A program made the position numbers and the translations under genes. 64,000 nt of DNA, from assembly GCA_951406725.2 (NCBI GenBank), contig OX597843.1, positions 17,980,001-18,044,000 on the forward strand. The letters run 5' to 3'. This document shows, piece by piece, positions 1-12,641 of this stretch. This stretch comes from Octopus vulgaris (Eukaryota). The notes under the pieces were generated by a model that searched no databases, was not told the origin of the DNA, and was given only the letters and a program-made list of their open reading frames with translations. How positions within the stretch are numbered: the first letter of the stretch is position 1; the number at the start of each line of letters is the position of its first letter.

Positions 1-138
1 TGGTGAAGCAGCAATGATGTAGAGAGAGAGAGAGAAGAAAAAGAGAGAGAGAGAGAGATTACACACTGAATAGGTAGACTGAAACCACACACACACACAC
101 ACACATTCACTATACACAATTATTATGCCACACATACT

Positions 139-344
139 CTCTTTTACTTGTTTCAGTCATTTGACTGTGGCCATGCTGGAGCATCGCCTTTAGCCGAGCA
201 AATCGACCCCGGGACTTATTCCTTTTTGTAAGCCCAGTAAATATTCTATCAGTCTCATTTGCCGAACCGCTAAGTTACAGGGACGTCAACACACCAGCAT
301 CGGTTGTCAAGCAATGCTAGGGGGACAAACACATACACACACTC

Positions 345-379
<35 letters not shown>

Positions 380-548
380 TACGACAGGCTTCTTTCAGTT
401 TCCATCTACCAAATCCATTCACAAGGCATTGGTCGGCCCGGGGCTATACCAGAAGACACTTGCCCAAGAAGACACGCAGTGGGACTGAACCCAGAACCAT
501 GTGGTTAATTAGTAAGCTACTTACCACACAGCAACTACTGCGCCTATA
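139..548 (-). mobile_element. SINE family A (tRNA-like head, CORE-like segment, internal (AT)n, tail ending gaaacaagtaaaaga)
   Basis: Same element recurs at ~13013-13722, 14186-14600, 18721-19150, 38137-38532, 50978-51351, 58295-58810 and as many fragments. It contains gcaccttgggcaagtgtctt, which resembles the CORE domain. Confidence 0.8.
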
Positions 549-671
549 TAGTCATATTACTATACAAACACACACACCCAACACAGCTATAATACTGACA
601 TGCTCACAGACATCATCATCATCCTTTAACGTCTGTCTTCCACGCTGGCATGGGTTGGATGGTTTGACAGG

Positions 672-1234
672 AGCTGGCAGAAATGTTAGCACGCCGGGCG
701 AAATGCTTAGCGGTATTTCCTCTGCCATTACGTTCTGAGTTCAAATTACGCCGAGGTCGACTTTGCCTTTCATCCTTTCGGGGTCGATAAATTAAGTACC
801 AGTTATGCACTGGGGTCGATATAATCGACTTAATCCCTTTGTCTGTCCTTGTTTGTCCCCTCTGTGTTTAGCCCCTTGTGGGTAGTAAAGAAATAGGTTT
901 GACAGGAGCTGGCAAGGCTGGAGAGCTGCACCAGGTTCCATTGTCTTCTTTAGCATGGTTTCTACAGCTGGATGCCCTTCCTAACACCAACCAATTTACA
1001 GAGTGTAGTGGATACCTATTTCTTTATTACCCACAAGGAGCTAAACATAGAGGGGACAAACAAGGACAGACAAATGGATTAAGTCGATTATATCGACCCC
1101 AGTGCGTAACTGGTACTTGATTTATCGACCCCGAAAGGATGAAAGGCAAAGTCGACCTCGGCGGAATTTGAACTCAGAACGTAACGGCAGACGAAATACA
1201 GCTACGCATTTTGCCCGGCGTGCTAACGATTCTG
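672..1234. mobile_element. Two inverted copies of SINE family C (672-897 +, 1015-1234 -)
   Basis: tRNA-like head (gagttcaaattcc) plus central gtcgactttgcctttcatcctttcggggtcgataaattaagtaccag. Other copies at 5675-6052, 24810-25036, 32320-32733, 53222-53345, 61435-62065, 62258-62445. Confidence 0.8.
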
Positions 1235-1638
1235 CCAAGGCCAACCTGGCTTCCACACTGAACCATCCTGCAACCTCACCACACCACCACAGCACACACT
1301 GTCTACCCATCTCTATTGTGGACTCTCCCATCACTTGATGATTGATGAGGCTGCTGCAATTCCTTGCCAAGCAATCTGCACAAGGGATCAAATGTCTGCA
1401 CTGAACATTGGCTCACTCCCTCTGGAACAACATGAAATGCACCACCCAGTGTAGGGATTGAAAACACAATCTTGTGACTGTGAGTGCAACATGCTAACCA
1501 CTAAGCTACCAAGTAATCCATAAAGGTACCGGGACGTAGTTTACACAGTTCATTTATCAGGATTTGCACACATCAGCACAGCACACCCGTCCCTCATCAG
1601 CACCACCCACAGCCCCACAGGCCAGAGCCTATACCTAC

Positions 1639-1738
1639 CAAGTAATCTTCAAATGTACTGGAGTGGGGTTTGCGCAGCCAAGCTATCATGTCTTCGACAT
1701 TCCATTTCACCACTTTCCTGCTTTCTGAACTGGTACCC
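1639..1738 (-). CDS. PCIF1: PCIF1 coding exon (GTSSESRKVVKWNVEDMIAWLRKPHSSTFEDYL), 100 bp; not in the ORF track; the gene continues beyond position 1
   Basis: SRKVVKWNVED..WLRK motif. Acceptor cttacAG at 1740-1739, donor TTG|GTAGGT at 1638-1637; phase fits the previous exon. Confidence 0.93.
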
Positions 1739-1993
1739 CTGTAAGTAGAGAGTGACACTCAGGGAACAGAGCAACACTAACAGCAATCAGGATGACAATA
1801 AACCAACAAAGGTGAAGAACATACAATATTTCAGGACTTTAAATATGATAGGCCTGGATTTTCAATAACTTAAATTATTTTAATCCCTTATATAGTATTA
1901 TATTCACAAGGAAAAAAAAAATGTATTTCAAACACACTTAAATATATATCAGAAGTATCCTGTTTTTCAAACAACTCTGATCACAAATAAAAT

Positions 1994-2033
<40 letters not shown>

Positions 2034-2045
2034 AATTATGTCAGG

Positions 2046-2592
2046 TCACTTTTGAGTGCTACTGGTAACATGTAACCCAGTACAACCTGTTGCATGGTTG
2101 GGTCGTCGGCGACTAAACCGGCAACCCCACCAAGCTTGCTTGGTGAGGAGGGTGTTTATTGGACACCCTACGAGATGAAAAACAAAACCCGCCAAAGGGC
2201 GGAGGAACTCTTGAGAGTCAACGTCCATCCAATAAATGTCTTAAGGCTGTATCATGCGTGGGGACATAGAAATAATCGGACTGAATACCCGATCACACGG
2301 TTAAACCATTGGGAGTGAAGGACTTCTAGCTTTTGTTAGGGCATCCTTCTAGGAGAAGGTAACTCAGGTAACTGGGATAACTCTAACATAAAACCTGCGG
2401 CTCAGTGGCTACCGATGATGTTGACTTGTTCTTCTTTACGGATTATGGCTGCTGTTGCTTAGTGAGTGGGATTGACTCAGTGCACAGCCTTTCCTCACTT
2501 CAAAAAAAATCTTTTTGCACAGGCATTGCATGATAACAACATTGATTAAGCTTCGTGCAATGGCCATACTCGATAACGAGGGGGCAGCCACC
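2046..2592 (+). mobile_element. Unclassified interspersed repeat with an RTE-5'UTR-like segment
   Basis: Sits between microsatellites; gggcatccttctaggagaaggtaactc resembles RTE 5'-UTR motifs. Single copy in the window. Confidence 0.35.
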
Positions 2593-3714
2593 ATGTATGT
2601 ATGTATGAATGTATAGATAGATAGATAGATAGATAGATTGATTGATTGATTGGTTGGTTGATTGATTGATTGATTGATTGATATAAATCAATATGATTTA
2701 TTTGTGGTCAGAGGCGTTTGTAAACCAGAATATGAAAAAGACAGGAGATAAAGCATGTAAGGGTTTATCTCCTGGCATACATTGGATGGTTTGACTGAAA
2801 ACCTGGTAAGCTGGGGTTGGCGGGGGGGGGGGGGCTGCAACAGATTCTGATCTGATTTGGCAAGGTTTCTAGAGTTGGACGCCCTTCCTAATGCCAACCA
2901 CTCCAAGAGTGTAGTGAGTGTTTTGTTGCATGTGTGTGTTTGTGAGTGTGTATTTATACATACACACACACAATGCAAGTGTCTATCTCTAACCCAAGAA
3001 GACATGGGGCAAGGTGGTGAAGCATGACTGAGTCTCACAGAAGCGATGACAAGTGATGAAGACTTTCATCGATTTGCTGAGAAAACTTGTCAAGTCAAGT
3101 GAAACCGTAGCCATGGTTGGTGCTGGTGACACATAAAAGGCACCTGCACTGGTGAAGTGTAAGAGGCACCTGTGCCAATGACACATAAAAGGCACCCACT
3201 ACAGTATTGAAGTGGTTGGCATTAGGAAGGGGATCCAGCCGCAGAAACCAAGCCAAAATCAGACAGGAACCTGGTACAACTCTTTCACTTACCAGTTCCA
3301 GTCAAACCATCTAACCCATGCCAGCAATGAAAGCAGATGGTAAATGGTGATGATGATGATATATGTAACCCACCTCATCACCTGGCACAAAGCCATCTCC
3401 TTCAATATTAGCCCCCTTTTGGGGGACTTTTGTCTTGCAAGTTACTTGGTGACCTTGCTGGTTCTGGTGTCACTTAAAAAGCACCTAGTAGACTCTAAAG
3501 TGGTTGGCATTAGGAAGGGCATCAAGCAGCGAGAACCATGCCGAAACAGATGATGGAGGCTGGGGCAGTTCTCTGGCTTGTCAACTCCTGTCAAACTGTC
3601 CAGTCTATGCCAGCTCATGATTGTTTATTTTTAGAATGACATTGCAGGGTAGGTGTGAGAGGCTAGATATGGTCAGTTTAAACATAAAACGGGTAGAATA
3701 TCTTATCCTACTAT

Positions 3715-4007
3715 CAATGGCCCAGTGGTTAGGGCAGAGAACTCGTGGTCATAGGATCGCGGTTTCGATTCCCAGACCGGGCGTTGTGAGTGTTTACCGA
3801 GCAAAAACACCTAAAGCTCCACGAGGCTCCGGCAGGGGGTGGTGATCCCTGCTGTACTCTTTCACCACTCTTTCTCTCACTCTTTCTTCTGTTGGCCTGC
3901 TCGCTTAGCCAGCGGGGTGGTGTCATTTGAAGGCTAAAACAATGCGAAGCGCATTGTGACCAGCGATGTATAACAACATCTGATGGTCTGGTTGGTCACG
4001 TGATCAC
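3715..4007 (+). mobile_element. SINE family B (tRNA-Arg-like head)
   Basis: A-box tggcccagtggttagg, anticodon-like tcg, B-box ggtttcgattccc. Copies at 16000-16770, 23005-23300 (-), 50288-50586 (-) and a variant at 40948-41255. Confidence 0.8.
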
Positions 4008-4170
4008 TATCTTATATACGGAAAGACATGGTGAATGATTTAAGACTAAGATTCATTTGTTCATTCAGAAAAGACAAAAGTGATGGTCATAGCTGGAATG
4101 TCTTTAATCATAGTTCTGTTCCGTCAGGGTCGACTACATAACAACGACCATCAATGTGATTTGAACTTAC

Positions 4171-4402
4171 CTCGATTCAATCATCTTCTTTGCTGCCTCT
4201 GCGTAGTTAACCAACTGCCGTTTGACGTCACCCGAGTATTTGGGGTTGCTCAGCTTGACCGGGATGTCGTTCATGATTTCACGGTACATTGACTGTGACA
4301 CTTCGCTGTTACAGTCGGACGGCAACATGGCGTCAGTTCCGCGGTCACACACTTTCCGCTCCATCAGCCAGCGATTGAACGACTCACTGGGGGCGTCGAT
4401 AT
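4171..4402 (-). CDS. PCIF1: PCIF1 coding exon ([18 protein letters not shown]...[14 protein letters not shown]...[11 protein letters not shown]), 232 bp
   Basis: Highly conserved PCIF1 motifs ESFNRW..ERKV and REIMNDIP. Acceptor tttgcAG at 4404-4403, donor AG|GTAAGT at 4170-4169. Confidence 0.95.
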
Positions 4403-4825
4403 CTGCAAAGACAACCAGAAACACTTTGATGCGGGTGAGTAGAATAAGAGGCATTTCTCCTAACATCACTGAGGCACCTCACCATCACAAAATACAACAC
4501 ACACACACATCACAACATAGACATACATAACACACAGAACACACAATCACACACACAAGTACAGACACCATATCACACCACAAACACACACACATCAGCA
4601 CAGAAGCAACCGAAGAAAGGTCTTTGCAGTCACTCAGAAATGATAGGCAAACCACCCTCTCTTTCTCTTCTCTCCAGGTAACCATGTACCTCTTCTACAG
4701 CAAAACACCTGTTTCCACCTTTCCGTTTCTCTGTCATGCTCTAACCTTGCATCATCTGACATCGTATCACCTCCTCAAAAACCCCTGCCTCTCTCAAATT
4801 CTTAGTCTTGAAACTACCAGCGCTG

Positions 4826-5310
4826 GTACCATGTAAAAAGCACCCAGTCCACATTATAAAGTGGTTGGCATTTGGAAGGGCATCCAGCTGTAAAAACCTT
4901 GCCAAAACTGACCTTGACTGTGCTCGTACCATGTAAGAAGCACCCAGTCCACACTATAAAGTGGTTGGCATTTGGAAGGGCATCCAGCTGTAAAAACCTT
5001 GCCAAAACTGACCTTGACTGTGCTCGTACCATGTAAGAAGCACCCAGTCCACACTATAAAGTGGTTGGCATTTGGAAGGGCATCCAGCTGTAAAAACCTT
5101 GCCAAAACTGACCTTGACTGTGCTCGTACCATGTAAGAAGCACCCAGTCCACACTATAAAGTGGTTGGCATTTGGAAGGGCATCCAGCTGTAAAAACCTT
5201 GCCAAAACTGACCTTGCCTGTGCTGATGCCATGTAAAAAGCACTAAGTCCACTCTGCTGAGTGGTTGGTGTTAGGAAGGACATCCAGATGTAAAAATCCT
5301 GCCAAAAAAG
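4826..5310 (+). repeat. 100-bp tandem repeat, 4 near-identical units plus 1 diverged, derived from the RTE 3'-UTR
   Basis: Unit gtaccatgtaagaagcacccagtccacac...gcatttggaagggcatccagctgtaaaaaccttgccaaaactgaccttgactgtgctc recurs every 100 bp. Confidence 0.9.
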
Positions 5311-6579
5311 ACACCATAGCCTGGTGCAGTCTTGGTCCAAGCCGGCTCCTGTCAACCGTCCTACCCATGCATGCATGGAAGATGGACGTTAAACGATGAT
5401 GATGATACAGACTTAAAACTAATATATAAATGAAAGAGAATCTGAGGCTCGTGAAACTTCCTAAATGATGCATCTAAATAAAAAAAATTACATTGAATTT
5501 TCTCCTTTTAGTAGTGTGGCCCACCTAATAACGAACCACGTCTCATGCGTCCTGTTTCTCTCAAAAAACAGGGTTGCCCATTTAGTTTGTATCCTGCACT
5601 TGTCATGCTAAGGGAGATAATCGGAGATAATCTCAAGCATATACTAGTTACCTCCCCGCTCAATTTCTCTACACCTATTTCTTTACTACCCACAAGGGGC
5701 CGAACACAGTGGGGACAAACATGGACAGACAAACGGATCAAGATGATTGCATCGATCCCAGTGCGTAACTGGTACTTAATTTATCGACCCCGAAAGGATG
5801 AAAGGCAAAGTTGACCTCGGCGGAATTTGAAATCAGTGTTTAGGCCCTTGTGAGTAGTAAAGAAATAGGTATTTCGTCTGCCGCTACGTTCTGAGTTCAA
5901 ATTCCGCCGAGGTCGACTTTGCCTTTCATCCTTTCGGGGTTGATAAATTAAGTACCAGTTACTCACTGGGGTCGATGTAATCAACTTAATACCTATGTCT
6001 GTCCTTATTTGTCCCTTCTGTGTTTAGCCCCTTGTGGGTAATAAAGAAATAGGTAATCGTAGCACATGGCCAGTAAGCTGTATCTGGCCCTTAGTCAACA
6101 AGCTGTATCTGGCCCTTCCAATCGCATCTTCGTTTCTCACTTCTGTCCCAGTAAGAGATGTCCTGGACTGAACCTAGGCAACATCGATGGAAGATGTCTA
6201 ACCACTGAGAGGTCTTGGTTATTGCCTCCATGAGGCCCAACACTTGAAAGGAACTCGCACACTTTGCCCTCATGGGTCCCAATGCTCAAAAGGAACTGAG
6301 CTACCTTGCCTCCTTGAGGCCCAACACTCGAAAAGAGCTCAGGCATAAGATGGCTGTTGGTCAGTCGGACGAAGGTGTTGGAATACAGACATTGCTTTAT
6401 TTATCCTGGTCTTCACTTCAATCTCTGCATCACCCCTGTTGCAAATACAGCTTCTGAGACGAGGAAGCTTATTGAGATTCTCGTTTTATCACAAGCAGAA
6501 TAATTCATTTGGTTGATCTTACACAAATGTAAATTTTGAATCATTTTTATGTTTAATTATTTGTCACTATATTACTCGA

Positions 6580-7050
6580 TGTTAGTTAGTTAGTTAATTT
6601 TTTGGCTCAAAAAGCAAAAAACAAGGCCATGTAGGGGGACATGGAGTTATGTACAGGGTGGTGTTCATGTAAAGAGTTCAGGCCATTTGTGGTCAAGGGA
6701 GACTTTGAACCGAGCGGTCGTCGGCATCTTCACTATCTCGTCCGGCAGCTTATTCCACGGATCCGCAACCCGGACGGAGAAAGCCCCTCTCCTTCGATTG
6801 AGATGAAGTCGTCGCAGATAGAGCTTTTCGGAGTGACCCCGAAGCCGACGCTCTGGAGCAGGAGTGAAGAACAGCTCTTTCGAGAGGTTACCTTTTCCGC
6901 TTATGATGTTGTGAGCAAGAATGAGATCACCACGGCGTCGTCGTTTTTCTAGAGAATAAAGGTCGAGCGTCTTCAGCCTTTCTTCATAAGACAAATGCTT
7001 GAGACCAAGAACCATGCGGGTAGCCAGCTTCTGGACTCTTTCGAGATGTA
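6580..7050 (-). mobile_element. 5'-truncated CR1-clade LINE (ORF2 C-terminus, 3' UTR, (CTAA)n tail)
   Basis: LERVQKLATRMV..LSYEERLK.LDLYSLEKRR.RGDLI...RGH...FSVRV...WNKLP is the CR1/L2 ORF2 end. The frame is uninterrupted; tail at 6580-6596. Confidence 0.9.
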
Positions 7051-8666
7051 CAGTATAGTCTGTAAGGTAAAGGAATCCTGGCAACTGTTGGTAGTGAGGG
7101 AGCCTTATTAGGGGTGATGGTTGGGGAAATGACCTTAATAGGGAGTCAAAAATGGAATTTGGTCAAAACAAGGTCTTTGCTGATCTGTTACTTGTTTCAG
7201 CAATTGAACCACAACCATTCTGGGGCAGCTTTGAAGGGTTTTAGTCAAACAAATCGACCCCACAAGTTTTTTTTTTTTAAAGTATAGTACTCAATCTTTC
7301 CATGTCTTTTGTTGAACTAAATTGTGGGGATGCAAACGAACCAACACCGGCTGTCAAGTGGTGTAGTAGGGGACAAACAAAGACACACACAAATAGGGCT
7401 TAGAGAAGCTGAAGGACCACTGCAACAAGTGAGTGAATCTGAGAAGGGAATATGTTAAATAAAATCCTAATTAACTGATTTTCCAGTATTTTCTTTTACC
7501 CAAAGCTAGATACTTTTCAGCATTCTCTCATATATATATGTATACACACACACACACAGGTCTTCTTTCAGTTTCCAACCTCCACATCTACTCACAAGGC
7601 TGTTACTATAGTAAAAGACATTTGCCCAAGGTGCCATGCAGTGGGACTGAACCCAGAACCATGTGGTAAGAGCAAACTTCTTACTACTTAGCCATGTCTG
7701 ATTTTTACATATGTATATATATCTAGGTGTGTATGTCATTGTGTTTGTTCCCCACCATTGCTTGACAAAAAGTGTTTATTTGTTTATGGCCCAATAACTT
7801 AGCAGTTTGGCAAAAAGAGACTGACAGAATAAGTACCAGGCTTAAAAAAAAAGGAAAACACTAAATACTGGGGTCGATTTGTTTGACTGAACCCTTCAAG
7901 GTGGTGCCCCAGCATGGCCACAGTCAGATACTGAAACAAGTAAAACAATAAAAGAATAATTGATAGTTAAACAGTAACATTGCTGTTAATAATGTATATT
8001 TATTGTAAACACACAAACAAAAAATTCGTTTTAATTGGATTTTAATTGAAATACTTTTAGTTGAAAAATTATATTCATGTTCTTTTAGGTGATACAAATA
8101 TTACTACTGATCTCATGTCTATATACAAATGTGTGCATGTACACATGTTATATATGTGTGTGTACATATTACATATACATGTGTGTGTACTTGTGTACAT
8201 ATTACAAATATACATGCGTGTGTGGAGCACTGGGCCGCATGGAGGCAAGTACCTGAGTTCGTTTTGCATATTGGGCCTCATGGAGGCAAATAGCTGAGCT
8301 CTTTTAGAGTGTTGGGCCTCATGGAGGCAAGGTGGCTCAGTTCCTTTTAAGCATTGGGACCCATGAGGACAAAGTGGCCGAGTTCCTTTCAAGTGTTGGG
8401 CCTCATGGAGACAATGACCAAGACCTTTGGTGTCATGTCGTGCTTGAGAAGAAGACCCATCAATCCGAGCAAAATCAGTCGTGGTAGATACTGGTGTCAC
8501 ACAAATGGCACCAGTGCTGGTGGCACATATAAACATCTATTACACTCTCGGAGTGGCTGGCATTAGGAAGGGCATCCAGCCATAGAAAAATGCCAAATCA
8601 GACTGGAGCCTGGTGCAGCCTCCCTGCATACCTACTCAATCAAACTGTCCAACCCATGCCAATAGG

Positions 8667-8833
8667 TGCAGGAGTGGCTGTGTGGTAAGTAGCTTGCTTA
8701 CCAACCACATGGTTCCGGGTTCAGTCCCACTGCGTGGCACCTTGGGCAAGTGTCTTCTACTATAGCCTCGGGCCGACCAAAGCCTTGTGAGTGGATTTGG
8801 TAGATGGAAACTGAAAGAAGCCCGTTGTATATA

Positions 8834-8881
<48 letters not shown>

Positions 8882-9050
8882 AGTGGCTGTGTGGTAAGTA
8901 GCTTGCTTACCAACCACATGGTTCCGGGTTCAGTCCCACTGCGTGGCACCTTGGGCAAGTGTCTTCTACTATAGCCTCGGGCCGACCAAAGCCTTGTGAA
9001 TGGATTTGGTAGATGGAAACTGAAAGAAGCCCGTTGTATATATGTATATG

Positions 9051-9101
<51 letters not shown>

Positions 9102-9256
9102 AGTGGCTGTGTGGTAAGTAGCTTGCTTACCAACCACATGGTTCCGGGTTCAGTCCCACTGCGTGGCACCTTGGGCAAGTGTCTTCTACTATAGCCTCGG
9201 GCCGACCAGAGCCTTGTGAGTGGATTTGGTAGATGGAAACTGAAAGAAGCCCGTTG

Positions 9257-9302
<46 letters not shown>

Positions 9303-9700
9303 AGTGTCTGTGTGGTAAGTAGCTTGCTTACCAACCATGTGGTTCCGGGTTCAGTCCCACTGTGTGACACCTTGGGCAAGTGTCTTCTACTATAGCCTCG
9401 GGCCGACCAAAGCCTTGTGAGTGGATTTGGTAGACGGAAACTGGAAGAAGCCCGTCGTATATATGTATATATATATGCGTGTGTGTGTGTTTGTGTGTCT
9501 GTGTTTGTCCCCCTAGCATTGCTTGACAACCGATGCTGGTGTGTTTATGTCCCCGTAACTTAGCGGTTCGGCAAAAGAGACCGATAGAATAAGTACTGGG
9601 CTTACAAAGAATAAGTCCTGGGGTCGAGTTGCTCGACTAAATGCGGTGCTCCAGCATGGCCGCAGTCAAATGACTGAAACAAGTAAAAGAGTAAAGAGAA
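8667..9700 (+). mobile_element. Head-to-tail array of four SINE-A 5' halves separated by (AT)n; the last copy is full length
   Basis: Near-identical ~160-bp units start at ~8667, 8879, 9099 and 9300. Confidence 0.85.
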
Positions 9701-9820
9701 AGAGAGTATGCCAGCATGGACAATGGATGTATGATGATGATGATGATGATGATGATGTGTGTGTGTGAGTGTATACAAAAACAACATTTGAGGCCAGGGG
9801 ATAAAAGTGTTTCTACTGAC

Positions 9821-9975
9821 CTTCTCTTGTCTTACACAGGTATTTGTAGTTCATCCTCAGTTTGGCCACCAACTGGGCACGCAGGAGTTCAATCTCAGGC
9901 AGCACTGGGGGCAGCATACACGGGGCCCTCTCGTATATCACTGCATTCGAGGCAATGTCGAAATTCCAGTAGGGG
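9821..9975 (-). CDS. PCIF1: PCIF1 coding exon (PYWNFDIASNAVIYERAPCMLPPVLPEIELLRAQLVAKLRMNYKYLCKTRE), 155 bp; not in the ORF track
   Basis: Translated by hand; matches the PCIF1 helical-domain start (PEIELLRAQL..KLR..Y...C..RE). Acceptor ttctAG at 9977-9976, donor G|GTCAGT at 9820-9819; phases fit both neighbours. Confidence 0.93.
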
Positions 9976-10504
9976 CTAGAAATAAGGATCCGTCAGAGAT
10001 TAATCAAGGTGACAAGGGTCAGAATGAGAAGAAAAAATTTAAGGGTCAGTTTCATGTTAATGAAAACTATAATGATTGATTAGCAGGGGCTGAAAATAAG
10101 GGACGTTCACTTATGGATGAAAACTTGGATGATTAAGCATAGGGATTGAAAAATAAGGGTCATTTACACATTAATGAAAACCACAAAGATCAGAAGTAAT
10201 ATTTAAAATTTTTCCTCTTTTACCATTTACTACTTTCAGTCATTGAACTATGGCCATGCTGGGGCACCATCTTGAGTTTAATCAAACAAATCAATCCTAG
10301 TACTTATTCTATCAGTCTCTTTCACTGAACCCCTAAGTTACAGGGACTAGACATTGTTTGTCATGTGGTGAGGATGGGGACAAACACATCATTATTTAAG
10401 TGTCCCCTTTTCTATGTTTGCTTGGATTGGACAGAATTTATTGAGGCAAATTTTCTATGGCTGGATGCCCTTCCTGTCGCCAACCCTCACCAGCTTCCAA
10501 GCCG

Positions 10505-11075
10505 TGTAATGTCAGTGTCCATACTCGACAGAGTGTAAGTGCCTTGAGAGAAAAGTTGGACCTAAGAAGCATCAGTTGTGATGTGCAAGAGAGACGTTTG
10601 TGCTGGTATGGTCATGTGGCGAGAATGGATGAAGACAGTTGTCTGAAAAAGTGCCACACCCTAGCGGTTGAGGGAACCTGTGTAAGAGGTAGACCCAGGA
10701 AAACCTGAGACGAGGTGGTGAAGCACGACCTTCGATCTTTAGGTCTCACCAAGGAAATGACTAGAGACCGAGACCTATGGAAGTATGCTGTGCGTGAGAA
10801 GACCCGGCAGGACAAGTGAGACCATAACCCATGGCCTCTACCTGGGATGTAGCCAGTCCACTTATGCATACCTTTCCTTCTTGGGACACAAAACTCCACT
10901 TGTGAAGACCCGTTGAGGCAAGTGGAAATCAAAATCAGAACCAAAATCGAAGTCGATCAACATCAATGGAAATTGCAGCTGTGATACCAGTGCTGGTGGC
11001 ACGTATGTGAACCATCCGGACGTGGCCGTTGCCAGCACCGCCCCGACTGGACGCTAAATGATGATGATGATGATG
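10505..11075 (+). mobile_element. RTE LINE 3' fragment
   Basis: SALREKLDLRSISCDVQERRLCWYGHVARMDEDSCLKKC...GRPRKT followed by 3' UTR and (GAT)n tail. Confidence 0.85.
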
Positions 11076-12017
11076 AGGAATGCCACTGCTTGTATAACAG
11101 GGACAATCTTTTACAGACATCTCGCAATGTCAAGGCAAAGAGACACACACATAATCATCATCATTAACATCTGCTGGCATACGTTGGATGGTTTGGCTGA
11201 AAACCCAGTAAGCTGGGGGTGGGGGAGGGCTGCAACAGATTCTGATCTGATTTGGCAAGGTTTCTAGAGTTGGATGCCCTTCCTAATGCCAACCACTCCA
11301 AGAGTGTAGTGAGTGTTCTGTGGTGTGTGTGTGTTTGTGAGTGTCTATTTATACATACACACACACACACACAATAGGCTTCTTTCAGTTTCTGTCTATC
11401 AAATCTACATACAAGGATTTTGGTCTTCTGTCAGAAGACACTTGTCCAAGGTGCCATGCTGTGGGACTGAACTCAGAACCCTGTGGTTGAGAAGCAAACT
11501 TCATACAACCTGCTTGACAACCTGTCCTGGTTTGTTTACAGTCTCTCGACATCAGGTGCTTGGCAAAAGAGACGGACAGAATATGTAGCAGACTTACAAA
11601 TCAAAGAAAAAAAGCGTAGGTCCTGGGGTTGATTTCAACGACTAAAACCCTTCAAGGTGCTGCTCCAGCATGGCAGCAGCCCTATGACTAAAAAAAATGA
11701 ATAGCAAAAATTAAAAAAATCTTTCTTAACCCATTAGCATTTAAAGGGACCATATTCAGCCCCAATATTTTACATGTTTTATGTTCAAACCAGCCAGATC
11801 TGGCCCCTTACACATACCCTACAATATCATTCTAAAGATAAACACAGGTGCAGGTGTGGCTGTGTGGTAAGAAGCTTGCTTCCTAACCACATGGTTGTGT
11901 GTTCAGTCCCACTTCGGGCAAGTGTCTTCCACTATAGCCTTGGGCCAACCAAAGTCTTGTGAGTGGATTTCATAGTCGGAAACTGAAAGAAGCCTATTGT
12001 GTGTATGTATGTATGTG

Positions 12018-12054
<37 letters not shown>

Positions 12055-12081
12055 ATATATATACATATATATATATATATA

Positions 12082-12295
12082 TAGTTAATCCAAACAAGAA
12101 AGCACAAAAAAACACAACAACGCAAGGACGTGGAACAAATATAGTATTATTGGACGCTCAGGAAAGAAGGAAAGAAGGAAGGTTTAACGTTTCGAACGGA
12201 GCTCTTCGTCGGAAACATAGGAGAAGGAAAGATCCAGAGAAGGGAAGACAGAGGAAAAAAAATCGCCAACAGTACACACGCGGTCACATTTTGAA
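12082..12295 (-). mobile_element. Short microsatellite-inserted element (family H1) with a minimal hammerhead motif at 12182-12216; Penelope-like non-autonomous
   Basis: Minus strand GTTT-CCGACGA-A-GAGC tcc GTTC-GAAAC-GTT-AAAC. Further copies at 59265-59446 and 63426-63570. Confidence 0.6.
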
Positions 12296-12641
12296 TATAT
12301 ATATATTTGTATATATGTGTGTGTGTGTCTGTGTGTTTGCCCCTACCCACCCTCCATCATTACATGACAGTCAGTGTTGGTGTGTTTACATCCCTGTAAT
12401 GTAGCGGTCCGATGAAAGAGACAGATAGAATAAGTACTAGATTTAAGAAGTAAGGCGGTGCTCCAGCATGGCCGCAGTCAAATGACTGAAACAAGTAAAA
12501 GAATAAAAGGTGAGAATTGCATCATTGAAATCTCAAAGCTACAAGATAAATGTTCGAGACAATGTGAATCGCTGGACGTTGGACCCGACAGGATGACCTG
12601 AATGTGTTGGACGGCTGAAGAGAGGTTTATGGTTGTCTCAC

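Noticed and set aside
304-738. Recurrent ORFs such as MSSNARGTNT...RHLPK and MRNWYLIYRPRKDERQ
   Set aside because: Translations of SINE copies with variable frames and stops; not a gene family.
2095-2175. Possible HDV-like ribozyme at the 5' end of an RTE-like element
   Set aside because: I could not assign the nested P1-P4 pseudoknot pairings from the sequence.
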